From NCBI GenBank assembly GCA_016189025.1, contig JACPGS010000012.1, positions 1 to 60,248 of the forward strand: DNA of 60,248 nt, given 5' to 3'. How positions within the stretch are numbered: the stretch's first letter is position 1; every line of letters starts with the position of its first letter. The position numbers and the translations under genes were made by a program. The stretch is from Candidatus Magasanikiibacteriota bacterium (lineage in GTDB: Bacteria; Patescibacteriota; Patescibacteriia; Magasanikbacterales; GWA2-37-8). Shown piece by piece: positions 33,798 through 43,418 of the stretch. The notes beneath the pieces are model-generated. The model did not search any database, was not told the origin of the DNA, and was given only the letters and a program-made list of their open reading frames with translations.

Positions 33798-35732
33798 ATG
33801 CCACACCCATTCCCGGAAATTCCCCGCTGGTCTACGCGCGATGCTGATACCGACGAACCAAACGATGCCAGGTTAGTACCGGATGAACCGCCGTTAGAGG
33901 GCGCTCCAAAATCGCCGGCGGATTCAATTTTATTAAGTATCCCCGGCCTCTCGAAAGCCGCCGATAAAGCGGTGGCTTTTGGCAAAGCTAAAAATTATGC
34001 TGAACAACAAAAGGTAGTGAGAGAAACCGTACATGAATTATTGAGCGATGCTCGGGGGTTAACGGATTTTTTAGACGGTCTTGATACTATTAAAGAAGTT
34101 CGCGCGTATGAGAATCTCAAAAGATTCAAGCGCGAAATGATGAGTGCACTGGAAAATATAACCATTCCCGCCGATGCTATGGTGGCCGAACGCTGGATAA
34201 CATTGTATGCGGAAAGCAAAGTATATGCTACTCTTGCCGAAACCGTTCTGCGCAACTCGTTTGCCGGCTGCCAGAGCGAAGCCGCCGTAGTAGACTTGGC
34301 TTATGCCGTTGCGTTGGGCGGCCTTAAAAGCAGCAACGAAAAGGTAGTTACTAAAACAATCAAAATTTTGCATTATCAAACCCCCGTTATCCCGCCAGGC
34401 GGGAAAACCGCCCGTTTATATCTGATGAGTTCAATCTCGGATGACGAAGATATTTTTTTGCGAAAACGCGAGATTGATAATGTCGCCTCCGCCCTAGTGC
34501 GGGTAAGATTCCCTGAACTAGAAGCAAAAATTAAAGCGAATCTGGAAAAATTAACTCTAAATCAAGCGACCGTCGGTGCCGTGCGCCGACGTCAACAAAC
34601 CCCCGGGGGCGGCATAGACAGGTTCGCGCGTATACTGCGAATGGTTAAAGCCAACAAAAGTCTTTCTGCCGCTGACCACACCAGGATGATGGAAATGATC
34701 CGACAGGATCCCACGGCTGAAACAGCAGCAAAAGTTTTTGCCCAATTTGGCATTGAATCGGGAGCAGATTTAGAAATGGTAAACAAAGTCGGGCGCGGCG
34801 GAGAATTACACCAGTGGCATGCCGACTTACGAGCGGAGGAAATTTCCACCCAAAGTGATCAAGCTTATATTGGCGTGCATCTGCCCCAGTTCCACGGCGC
34901 ACTTCCGCTTAATCGTTCGGTGCTGCGAGAGGCAATTATTAGCAGATTAATGCTAGGCCAACCGGAACAAATGTCCGACGAGCAATACTGGCGGACACTC
35001 GCGCATGTATTACCGCCAGAATTTGATACCCGAGAGTTTCGCGAGCAAGCGCTCCCGGCGCTACGCGAATTAAACGATTTTTACTCGCGGGATTTATCGG
35101 GCGACACCATGCATTTGTTAAGCCCGCGCGGGGACAGCGTTGACATTGAAGATCCAATGTTAACCGCAATCGGAATTACCAAAATAGAATTACAAATGGA
35201 TGAACGCAACAAACGCGATACCGCTGTCACCTTGGATATTGGCCGGGCTAAGTACCGAATATTACTAGACCAGTATGCGGCACTGCGCGACATAAAAAAT
35301 CCCGATCACCCCGTCAATTTACCAGATGACGGCGAATTCATCCGGGCGGTTATTTTGGGCTATACTCACGCTGTCCGCTGCACGGAGTTTGCTAATGAGC
35401 AGAGTGATAGCGGAACTGAATCAGGGGTTCTGCTTCGGGGCGGAAGGCGCGCTCACCGCCGCGTTCTCCCCAAAGGGAAAAAGCCAACCCGAGACCAAAT
35501 TATAACTATTTGGAAAAAATACGAAGTGGATATTAACCGTCTGAATGCCGAGCGGCTAGCTGAACATCAGGCGCAAGGCCTGCCAGTTGATGAATTTAAA
35601 TTAGCAACTTACGTGTCGCAGGTAGATCCGCTAGAAGATAGCGGCTCACCGGTAGAACTCAAAGCGCCAAAAACGACCGAGCGCTTGCGTGCCGCCCTGC
35701 GCTTCCCGCCACTCGCGTCATTAGTGCGTTGA
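33798..35732 (+). CDS. Orphan 644-aa hypothetical protein
   Basis: Long uninterrupted ORF with no motif I recognise, no signal peptide and no TM segment. It is visibly more AT-rich than its neighbours. Confidence 0.6.
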   Translation: MPHPFPEIPRWSTRDADTDEPNDARLVPDEPPLEGAPKSPADSILLSIPGLSKAADKAVAFGKAKNYAEQQKVVRETVHELLSDARGLTDFLDGLDTIKEVRAYENLKRFKREMMSALENITIPADAMVAERWITLYAESKVYATLAETVLRNSFAGCQSEAAVVDLAYAVALGGLKSSNEKVVTKTIKILHYQTPVIPPGGKTARLYLMSSISDDEDIFLRKREIDNVASALVRVRFPELEAKIKANLEKLTLNQATVGAVRRRQQTPGGGIDRFARILRMVKANKSLSAADHTRMMEMIRQDPTAETAAKVFAQFGIESGADLEMVNKVGRGGELHQWHADLRAEEISTQSDQAYIGVHLPQFHGALPLNRSVLREAIISRLMLGQPEQMSDEQYWRTLAHVLPPEFDTREFREQALPALRELNDFYSRDLSGDTMHLLSPRGDSVDIEDPMLTAIGITKIELQMDERNKRDTAVTLDIGRAKYRILLDQYAALRDIKNPDHPVNLPDDGEFIRAVILGYTHAVRCTEFANEQSDSGTESGVLLRGGRRAHRRVLPKGKKPTRDQIITIWKKYEVDINRLNAERLAEHQAQGLPVDEFKLATYVSQVDPLEDSGSPVELKAPKTTERLRAALRFPPLASLVR

Positions 35733-35813
35733 TCTTAAATTGGCCGCATTAAGTGGCTTTGGTTGAGAAAGCAGCTCAGTGCTAATATTTAAAGCAACAT
35801 AATTAATAAACAT

Positions 35814-37637
35814 ATGTGCGGCATTGTCGGTTACATTGGCACTAAAGAGGCCCTGCCGGTTTTAATTAAGGGCCTGAAGCGCCTGGAATACCGCGGCTAT
35901 GACTCGGCCGGGGTGGCGGTGATTGACCAGGGTAAAATTCAGCGGCGCCGGGCGGTGGGGAAAATTGACCAGCTGACCGACCGGCTGAAAACCGAACAGT
36001 GGGGCGGCGCTATTGGCATTGCCCACACCCGCTGGGCCACCCACGGCGGCGTAACCGAAGAAAACGCCCACCCCCACACCGATTGCAGCGGCGAAATTAT
36101 GGTGGCCCACAACGGCATTATTGAAAATTACCGCGAGCTGCGCGATAAATTTTTGGGGGGGCACACCCTGCAGTCCAAAACCGATACGGAAATTCTGGCG
36201 CATCTGATAGAAGTGCATTACCAGGGCGATTTGCGCCTGGCGGTGGAGCAGGCGCTGCGCCACGTGCGCGGCACCTATGGCCTGGTGATTCTCCATAAAA
36301 AAGAACCGCGCAAACTGATTGCCGCCCGCCTGGGGAGCCCCCTGGTGGTAGGCATCGGCGACAAAGAATATTACATCGCTTCCGACACCTCGCCCATGCT
36401 GGCTTACACCAGCCAGGTGATTTTTTTGGACGACGGCGAAATTGCCGAAGTAACCGACCACGGCCTGCAGATTTATGACCTGCACGACCAGCAGATTACC
36501 AAAGAAGCGGAACACATTGACTGGAGCGAACGGGCGGCCGAGCAGGGCGGCTATCAGCACTTCATGCTCAAAGAAATTATTGACCAGCCGGTGGTGATAA
36601 AAGACGCCCTGCGCGGGCGCCTGGTGGATAGCGAAGGCACCGCGCACCTCGGCGGCCTGAATATGACCGAAGAACAGATGCACAGCGTGCAGCGCATTAT
36701 TTTAATTGCCTGCGGCACGGCGAGCTATGCGGCGCTCGCCGGCAAGTACGCCTTTGAACGGCTATCGGGAATTCCGACGGAAGTGGACATGGGCAGCGAG
36801 TTCCGTTACCGCGATCCGATTGTGGACCGCCACACCTTGGTATTTGCCATTTCCCAATCCGGCGAAACAGCCGATACTTTGGCCGCCGCGCGCGAAGCCA
36901 AACGCAAGGGGGCGTTTGTCCGCGGCATCGTTAACGTGGTCGGTTCCACCATTGCCCGCGAAACCGACGGCGGCACCTATATTCACGCCGGGCCGGAACT
37001 GGCGGTCGCCTCCACCAAGGCCTACACCAATATGGTGGCGGTGCTCTTAATGTACGCCCTGCAGTTTGGCCGGCTGAAGCGCCTGACGGTCGCCACCGGG
37101 CAACGATTGGTGGCGGCGCTGCGCGAGATTCCCGATAAAATGCAGACCGCGCTGCAGCAGGGCACCAAGGCGCGGGCGCTCGCCGAAAAGTACCGGCAGT
37201 ATAAAAACTTTTTCTTTCTGGGGCGGGGCATCAATTATCCGGTGGCGCTGGAAGGGTCGCACAAACTCAAAGAAATTTCCTATATTCACAGCGAGGCCTA
37301 TGCCGCCGGAGAAATGAAGCACGGGGCGAATGCGCTCCTGGCGCTGGATTTTCCGGTGCTCGCGATGATGACCAAAAATCAGCTCTACGAAAAAATGCGC
37401 AGTAATGTGGAAGAAGTGCGGGCGCGGCAGAGCCCCTTGATTCTGGTTGCTACCGAAGGCGATACCGAGGCGCGCGAGCTGACCGAGGATATTATTTACG
37501 TTCCCGCCACCATGGAGCTGTTGGAGCCGCTCGTTAACACTATTCCCCTGCAGTTATTTGCTTATCACATGGCGGTTTTGCTGGGGCGCGATGTGGACCG
37601 GCCGCGGAATCTGGCTAAATCAGTGACCGTGGAGTAA
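35814..37637 (+). CDS. glmS: Glutamine--fructose-6-phosphate aminotransferase
   Basis: MCGIVGYIG.., two SIS domains, C-terminal ..NLAKSVTVE. Confidence 0.95.
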   Translation: MCGIVGYIGTKEALPVLIKGLKRLEYRGYDSAGVAVIDQGKIQRRRAVGKIDQLTDRLKTEQWGGAIGIAHTRWATHGGVTEENAHPHTDCSGEIMVAHNGIIENYRELRDKFLGGHTLQSKTDTEILAHLIEVHYQGDLRLAVEQALRHVRGTYGLVILHKKEPRKLIAARLGSPLVVGIGDKEYYIASDTSPMLAYTSQVIFLDDGEIAEVTDHGLQIYDLHDQQITKEAEHIDWSERAAEQGGYQHFMLKEIIDQPVVIKDALRGRLVDSEGTAHLGGLNMTEEQMHSVQRIILIACGTASYAALAGKYAFERLSGIPTEVDMGSEFRYRDPIVDRHTLVFAISQSGETADTLAAAREAKRKGAFVRGIVNVVGSTIARETDGGTYIHAGPELAVASTKAYTNMVAVLLMYALQFGRLKRLTVATGQRLVAALREIPDKMQTALQQGTKARALAEKYRQYKNFFFLGRGINYPVALEGSHKLKEISYIHSEAYAAGEMKHGANALLALDFPVLAMMTKNQLYEKMRSNVEEVRARQSPLILVATEGDTEARELTEDIIYVPATMELLEPLVNTIPLQLFAYHMAVLLGRDVDRPRNLAKSVTVE

Positions 37638-37683
37638 CACAGATTTCCCGGATTTTTGAGGATTACCCTGAATTTCGACCGGT

Positions 37684-38334
37684 ATGTTTAAAGCAGTTAT
37701 TTTCGATCTGGATGGCGTTTTGATTGACAGCGAAATTTATTGGGCAGAGGTAGAGGAAAAAATTTGGCGCCAATTAGGGATAACCGATATCAAGCAAGCG
37801 CAGCACGATGTGTTGGGGCTTAATTTGGACGATACCGTTAAATTGCTGCGACAAAAATATCGCTGTGCCCTTAGCGCCGATGAGATTAAAGCGCCCTTCC
37901 ATGAATATGCCCGGTATGTCTACGGTACCTGCCAGTTAATGCCTGGGGCATTAGCACTGCTGCAGCGGATTAAAACCGGCAGTATTCCTCTGGCGATCGC
38001 TTCTTCCTCGCCTAACAGCTGGATTGATATGTTTTTGGCAAGATTTAAATTAGAGAAAATGTTTGATTTTGTTTTCTCCACGGAAAGCATGAATTTGCCG
38101 GGCAAACCGGATCCGGCCATTTACCTTGCTATCAGGAAACAACTAGCAGTATTGCCGGAGGCGACGGTAATTTTTGAAGATTCCCAAAACGGATTTTTGG
38201 CAGCCAAGCGCAGCGGCGCACGGGTGATTGCAGTGCCAGATCCGCGCTGGAGTTACGGTGATTTTTCCGCCGCCGATTTAGTCGCCGATTCTTTGGCCGA
38301 TCAACGGATTTTACAGTTTATCGGTTTGCTATGA
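37684..38334 (+). CDS. HAD-IA hydrolase (beta-phosphoglucomutase-like)
   Basis: MFKAVIFDLDGVLIDSE.., ..AIASSS.., ..GKPDPAIYL.., ..FEDSQNG. Confidence 0.8.
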   Translation: MFKAVIFDLDGVLIDSEIYWAEVEEKIWRQLGITDIKQAQHDVLGLNLDDTVKLLRQKYRCALSADEIKAPFHEYARYVYGTCQLMPGALALLQRIKTGSIPLAIASSSPNSWIDMFLARFKLEKMFDFVFSTESMNLPGKPDPAIYLAIRKQLAVLPEATVIFEDSQNGFLAAKRSGARVIAVPDPRWSYGDFSAADLVADSLADQRILQFIGLL

Positions 38335-39290
38335 ATACTAACAAACTGAAGGCAGCCGTGCTGGGCGGCGGGAACGGCAGCGCCATCGTGCTCTCCGGAT
38401 TAAAAAAGTACGCTGACCGGCTGGCGCTCTCGGCGGTAATTTCCATGAGCGATTCGGGCGGCTCCACCGGCCGGCTGCGCCAGGAGTTTAACACTCTCCC
38501 ACCGAGCGATATCATGCGCGCCGTAGTGGCGATGTCGCGCTATGATTTTACGGCGCTGCGCCAGATTTTCTACCGCAATCGCTTCTCGGGGCCAGGCAAA
38601 TTAGACGGCCACAACCTGGGCAATCTATTTGTTGCTTTGGTGGCGCAGTACGCCGGCGATTTTATGGCGGCGATTCGGGCGTTGGAGATTAGTTTGGAAT
38701 CGGTGGGACGGGCGTATCCGGTAACGCTCCAGGTAAATGATTTGGCGGTGGAGCTGGCCAACGGAGCAGTGGTAAAAACCGACGAAGTAATTGACCGGCC
38801 GAATTATGACCGGAGTTTACGCATCAAACGGATGTGGCTCCAGCCGGCGGCGGCGGCCAATCCGGAAGCAGTGCGCGCAATTAAAGCAGCTGATTATATT
38901 ATTTTAAGCCCGGGCAGTCTTTATACCAGCATCATTGCTACATTGTTGCCGACTGGCATTAAGGAAGCGATTGCGGCTTCACGCGGCAAGCTGTGGTATG
39001 TGGCTGGCAATGCTTTTCAGTTAAACGGTGAAACCGGGCCGGCCAAACTCTCGGAAGCCGTAGCCGAGCTGGAGCAGTATTTACCCCGCCCGGTGGATAT
39101 AGTATTGTATAACAACGTCAAGCTCAATTCCGCACAGCAACAGCGCTATGCCGACAAGCAGTGGGGGTTGCTTACTTTAGATGCCGCGGCGCTGGGGAAT
39201 CGCCCGGTAATTGGCAAAGATTTTGAAAAGCCGGCTGGGGGGTTGAGCAGCGATAAGCTGGGTAAGATTTTGTTGGCGATGATGAGGTAA
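38331..39290 (+). CDS. YvcK/CofD-family (UPF0052) gluconeogenesis-factor-like protein
   Basis: AAVLGGGNGSAIVLSGLKKY..MSDSGGSTGRLR..ILSPGSLYTSI. Confidence 0.8.
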   Translation: MNTNKLKAAVLGGGNGSAIVLSGLKKYADRLALSAVISMSDSGGSTGRLRQEFNTLPPSDIMRAVVAMSRYDFTALRQIFYRNRFSGPGKLDGHNLGNLFVALVAQYAGDFMAAIRALEISLESVGRAYPVTLQVNDLAVELANGAVVKTDEVIDRPNYDRSLRIKRMWLQPAAAANPEAVRAIKAADYIILSPGSLYTSIIATLLPTGIKEAIAASRGKLWYVAGNAFQLNGETGPAKLSEAVAELEQYLPRPVDIVLYNNVKLNSAQQQRYADKQWGLLTLDAAALGNRPVIGKDFEKPAGGLSSDKLGKILLAMMR

Positions 39291-39293
39291 TAT

Positions 39294-39482
39294 GAGACTG
39301 TAGAAGAATTGAAAATACCAGTTAGCATCAGGGCGCGGCAGACGAGTGTCTTTGGGCGCGCACCCCGACTTAGTCGGGGGAGCACCCAAAGAGTGTCTGC
39401 CGCGACCAACCAGGCTAATTTTAGCAATAGCGATAGCGACCAGTTTAAAAACGCGACATAGTTTGCATTCTTCTACAGTCTC
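39294..39482 (+). mobile_element. MITE-like repeat, copy D (189 bp, best-preserved)
   Basis: Perfect 16-bp TIRs gagactgtagaagaat / attcttctacagtctc with the 5-bp direct repeat aatat on both flanks. The inner hairpin carries the apical ccccgacttagtcgggg. It exactly fills the gap between the yvcK-like stop and the GNAT start. Confidence 0.8.
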
Positions 39483-39485
39483 AAT

Positions 39486-39848
39486 ATGGAAATTAAAAAA
39501 GAAATCAAACGCGAGGGGTACGCGGTGAAAATTACGCTGGCAGAAAACGGCGCGGTGCTCGGCTGGACTTATCTCTATGTGATGTTCCAGGGCCGGCATC
39601 GCGAACCATACGGATATCTGGAAAATGTGTACGTCGAGCCGGAACATCGCGGCCGCGGCCTAGGGAATAAATTGGTAGAATTGGCGATTGCCGAAGCGCG
39701 GGAGCGGAGTTGTTACAAGCTTATCGGTACCAGTAAAATGGAGAAAACCGAAGTGCATGAGTTTTACGCCAAACACGGATTTGCCAAAATGGGATACGAA
39801 TTCCGGCTGGATTTAATCAAAGATTCAGCGGTGATCACTAAAGATTAA
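39486..39848 (+). CDS. GNAT-family N-acetyltransferase
   Basis: VYVEPEHRGRGLGNKLVELAIAEARE matches the acetyl-CoA-binding motif A. Confidence 0.8.
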   Translation: MEIKKEIKREGYAVKITLAENGAVLGWTYLYVMFQGRHREPYGYLENVYVEPEHRGRGLGNKLVELAIAEARERSCYKLIGTSKMEKTEVHEFYAKHGFAKMGYEFRLDLIKDSAVITKD

Positions 39849-39850
39849 TT

Positions 39851-40429
39851 ATGATCGGGATGATTGCCGGCAAAGTTACCGGCTTAAACGGCCGGGAAGT
39901 GGCAGTGCTGACCCCGGGCGGCGTGGGGTATCGGCTGGCAGTCAGCCCCCGGGCCGCCGAGCGCGCTACGGCGGGAGCCGAAGTACAACTACCCACCTGC
40001 TTGGTAGTGCGCGACGATGCCCTGGAATTATACGGCTTTGCCGACGCCGCGGAGCGGCGGTTTTTTGAGCTGGCAATTTCCGTGTCCGGCGTGGGGCCGC
40101 GGATTGCCCTGCATTTGTTGGAGTTGGGGAGTGTGGCAGAGATTGCGGCGGCCATCGGTCGCAGCGACGTTGCTTATCTGACCCAAGTATCCGGCATCGG
40201 CACCAAAACCGCCGAGCGTTTGGTAGTGGAGCTGAAGAATAAGATTGGGGAGTCCGGGGCGGTGGGCGGCGGCGAGATCGTGTCCGGCGGCATGTTAGGC
40301 GAAGTAGTGCAGGCGCTGGTGGCAATGGGTTACGGCGCTCCGGAAGCGCGGGCGGCGGTAAAACAGCTGGAGCCCGGCAATAAACCAGCGGAGGTTCTGC
40401 TACGTGAAGCGCTGCGGATAATTAAATGA
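39851..40429 (+). CDS. ruvA: Holliday junction branch migration complex subunit RuvA
   Basis: MIGMIAGKV..GGVGYRLAV.., HhH region FELAISVSGVGPRIAL, C-terminal domain III. Confidence 0.9.
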   Translation: MIGMIAGKVTGLNGREVAVLTPGGVGYRLAVSPRAAERATAGAEVQLPTCLVVRDDALELYGFADAAERRFFELAISVSGVGPRIALHLLELGSVAEIAAAIGRSDVAYLTQVSGIGTKTAERLVVELKNKIGESGAVGGGEIVSGGMLGEVVQALVAMGYGAPEARAAVKQLEPGNKPAEVLLREALRIIK

Positions 40430-40706
40430 TCTTGTTTGGCAAAGCTCCTTCCTTTCGGAGGAGTTTTTTCTTTTGGGCAACGCCGCGGTTATAGCCGCCT
40501 AATTTCCCATCCGCGCGGATCACGCGGTGGCAGGGAATGGCCGGGTCGTAATTTTTGTTAAGGATATTACCTACGGCGCGGGCTGCCCCAGGGTTGCCAG
40601 TGCGGCGAGCTACTTTGCTGTAGCTTAGAGTCTTTCCCGTAGGAATCCTTTTAATTATTTTGAGTACTCGTTCACCGAATAATTGCTGACGTTTACGAAG
40701 GACCAT
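40422..40706 (-). CDS. ogt: Methylated-DNA--protein-cysteine methyltransferase (DNA-binding/active-site domain only)
   Basis: IPCHRVIRADGKLGGY active-site motif. The internal ATG at 40706 is preferred, because the longer ORF to 40775 overlaps the upstream gene. Confidence 0.8.
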   Translation of the reverse strand: MVLRKRQQLFGERVLKIIKRIPTGKTLSYSKVARRTGNPGAARAVGNILNKNYDPAIPCHRVIRADGKLGGYNRGVAQKKKLLRKEGALPNKII

Positions 40707-40755
40707 AGAAGAGGGAAGGGGGCGGGCGCGCGGTAGCAAGCGCGCCCGCCCGCCG

Positions 40756-41265
40756 TTAATCAGCCGGCGTGGCATCGGTACCGCGGAAAGCGGCGGCGAT
40801 GATCTGGCTTGCTACCGCGAGGACAGCCGAGACATCTGCCGTCGCGTCCGCCCCGATTTCTTCCAGCAGCAGTTCCAGCTCTTCCCGATGGTATTCCATC
40901 ATGCGGTCTCGGATACGCTGGTACCGCTCTAGCCGCGAGGCGAATTGCCGGGGGGTAGTGCCCGAGAGAGGCGCCGGAACAGCAACCTCCCCATCACGCT
41001 CCATCCGAGAACGGGTGCGGTAGTAACTACTTCTTACCTCGTCCGCTGCCACGGCGAAAGGCGTCGGTGATTCCCGGTTCACGGCACGCCGGATGGCTGC
41101 CGCCAGTTGGCATACCAGCCGCTGGCGATCCCGCTCGGGCCAGTAATCGGGAAAAGTAACCGCCGGACGCTCGACACCGATGGCGAACAGGCCAAGCTGC
41201 AATTCCACCGCCGCGACCAGCTCCGCCTGCCGGTCCGCGGGGTTGTCCAAAACTGGCTGGATCAC
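40756..41265 (-). CDS. Hypothetical protein (169 aa)
   Basis: GTG start preceded by a strong SD (aaaggaggg, 6 nt spacing). No recognisable motif. It looks locally more GC-rich. Confidence 0.55.
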   Translation of the reverse strand: MIQPVLDNPADRQAELVAAVELQLGLFAIGVERPAVTFPDYWPERDRQRLVCQLAAAIRRAVNRESPTPFAVAADEVRSSYYRTRSRMERDGEVAVPAPLSGTTPRQFASRLERYQRIRDRMMEYHREELELLLEEIGADATADVSAVLAVASQIIAAAFRGTDATPAD

Positions 41266-41407
41266 GTTGCCCTCCTTTTTGCCGGTAGAGTTTTGTCCGG
41301 CCTTGGGCGATCCCCGGGCCGGGATCGCCCAAGACGGGCAAGCGAGTTCAATCGGTCAGGGATTATTCGTCGTTCGGTTTCTCGGAAGAGCGGTAAAAAT
41401 ACCGCCC

Positions 41408-42988
41408 TTAGCGGGCGGTTAATTTATTGCGCAACAATTTTTCTACGGCCGCCGGGTCGGCGCTGCCTTCGCTCGCTTTCATCGCCATGCCGATCAGGAA
41501 TTTAATCAGCGGCTCTTTGCCGGCGCGGAATTGGGCCACTTGCGCCGGGTAGCTCTTAATCACTTCTTCCACCAAGGCGCCGATTCTTGCCTCATCGGTA
41601 ATCTGGCCATAGCCGCGCTCTTCCATAATGTGCGTAGGGTCTTTATCCACGCCCGACCCGATCATTTCCAGCAAAATTTTCTGGGCGTTGGTGGAGTTGA
41701 CCCGGCCCGCATAAACCAGCGCCACCAGTTCGGCAAAATTTTCCGGTTTTACTTTCAGCGTCCGGATGTCTTTAGCGCGCTCATTCAAGGCGCCCATCAG
41801 TTTGGAAGTCAGCCAGCCGCCGGCCAGCCGCACCAGCTCCTGGGCAGTTTTACACAGCGCCGGCCGGTCAGCGTTTTTATCAGTAATAGTGCAGGCATGA
41901 GTATCGGGCAAAGCGTGCAGCCAGGCCGACAGTTCGCTCATTACGCTTTCGGCATAAGCTGCCCAGTCGCGGCTCGCGGTGAGGATCGCCGCATCAGCGC
42001 GGGAAAAGCCATATTCACTGTGGAAGCGCTGGCGCTCCGCGGCCGGCAATTCCGGCAGAGTAAAATCGCCGGCCAGGGCGAGCGGCGAAAAGGGCGGAAT
42101 GTCCGGCTCGGGAAAATAACGGTAGTCGGCGGCAGTTTCTTTGCTGCGCTGGTGCACCGTGGCTTGTTTATCTTCATCCCAGCCCCGGTTTTCCTGGGGC
42201 GGCGGCAGCCCCTGCGCAATCAGTTTAGCCTGGCGCTCCAGTTCAAAGGTGATAGCCCGTTCTACCGAGCGGAAGGAGTTGATGTTTTTTACCTCCACTT
42301 TGTTATTCAGCACATAATCGCCGAGCGGCGCCAGTGTACCGTTCTTTTTCTCAAATCGCCCTTCCTCCTGCAGGGAAACATTGGCTTCGCAGCGCATCTG
42401 CCCCTTTTCCATGTCGGCCGGAGACACGCCCAGGGCGCGCAAAATCAGCTGCAATTCCTGGCAGAATAGTTTGGCTTCCTGGGCGCTCTCTCCCTCCGGC
42501 TCGGTAACAATTTCCACCAAGGGCACCCCGGCGCGGTTGAAGTCCACCAAAGTGCTGCCCGCAGTGCCGTGCGTCAATTTAGCAGTATCTTCTTCTAAAT
42601 GTACGCGCGTAATACCAATCCGGGCGCGCGGGCGATGGTTATCGGTAGCGGTTAAATCAAGTTCCAGGAATCCCGCGGCGCCAATCGGTTGGTCGTACTG
42701 GGAAATCTGGTAACCCTTGGGCAGGTCGGGATAAAAGTAATGTTTGCGGTCAAATTTGCTCTCGGATGCAATAGTGCAGTTAAGCGCCCGGGCGATTTTT
42801 ACGGTAGCGGCAATGGCGGCGCGGTTCGGCGCGGGCAGAGTGCCCGGGTGCCCCAGGCAGATTTCGCAGACATGGGTATTGGGCGCTGTGGCAAACGGAT
42901 CATTGCGGCAGGCGCAGAACATTTTGCTCTGCGTTTTTAACTCCACATGAATTTCCAGGCCGATGACCGGGACGAGTTTAGTAGGCAT
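41408..42988 (-). CDS. gatB: Asp-tRNA(Asn)/Glu-tRNA(Gln) amidotransferase subunit B
   Basis: LVPVIGLEIHVELKTQSKMFC..HYFYPDLPKGYQISQ.. with a C-terminal YqeY-like domain. Confidence 0.95.
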   Translation of the reverse strand: MPTKLVPVIGLEIHVELKTQSKMFCACRNDPFATAPNTHVCEICLGHPGTLPAPNRAAIAATVKIARALNCTIASESKFDRKHYFYPDLPKGYQISQYDQPIGAAGFLELDLTATDNHRPRARIGITRVHLEEDTAKLTHGTAGSTLVDFNRAGVPLVEIVTEPEGESAQEAKLFCQELQLILRALGVSPADMEKGQMRCEANVSLQEEGRFEKKNGTLAPLGDYVLNNKVEVKNINSFRSVERAITFELERQAKLIAQGLPPPQENRGWDEDKQATVHQRSKETAADYRYFPEPDIPPFSPLALAGDFTLPELPAAERQRFHSEYGFSRADAAILTASRDWAAYAESVMSELSAWLHALPDTHACTITDKNADRPALCKTAQELVRLAGGWLTSKLMGALNERAKDIRTLKVKPENFAELVALVYAGRVNSTNAQKILLEMIGSGVDKDPTHIMEERGYGQITDEARIGALVEEVIKSYPAQVAQFRAGKEPLIKFLIGMAMKASEGSADPAAVEKLLRNKLTAR

Positions 42989-43058
42989 ATCACGGAAGCC
43001 GTCTCAACGCGAGGCGGTTTTCTGTTTGCCGACAGAGCCAATAATCGGGAGCGATACG

Positions 43059-43418
43059 CTACGAGGCGTCCTCTTCCGTTGTCGCCGGCAGCGTAGCCGC
43101 GGCGGCGCGATAAAGGATAATTTGGGCGGTGAGGGTAAGGGGAATAAGGAACAGGGCGCCGCCCAAAGCCGCTACGGAATTAAGCAAGAGTTTGCCCCAC
43201 ACTTCAGAATCGGTAAAGGCCGGAATCCAGGCGGCCAGCAGCAGGTCAAACAGCACGGTGAGCGCCGAAAATACCAGGGCCGGCACCGCCAGGCGCCACA
43301 AAAGCGGGAGCCACCGCCCCACCACCAGCCGCTTGCTGCGCTGCAGCGACTGCCAGCCGGCGCGTTCTTCAAACACAATTACGTAGAGGCTAAAGGCGTA
43401 CCACAAGGTAAAAATCAC
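43059..43418 (-). CDS. Membrane protein, C-terminal part (possibly the 3' half of a split gene)
   Basis: Hydrophobic 119-aa ORF. Upstream of its GTG the same frame continues as ..APG-VIFTLWY.., giving a PGVIF junction in one frame. Confidence 0.45.
   Translation of the reverse strand: MIFTLWYAFSLYVIVFEERAGWQSLQRSKRLVVGRWLPLLWRLAVPALVFSALTVLFDLLLAAWIPAFTDSEVWGKLLLNSVAALGGALFLIPLTLTAQIILYRAAAATLPATTEEDAS

Noticed and set aside
35733-35813. glmS ribozyme upstream of glmS
   Set aside because: The spacer is only about 80 nt and lacks the conserved glmS ribozyme core. It is too short for the ribozyme of about 170 nt.
35862-36683. 273-aa ORF antisense to glmS
   Set aside because: glmS on the + strand is unambiguous. 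The antisense product is low-complexity with no motifs.
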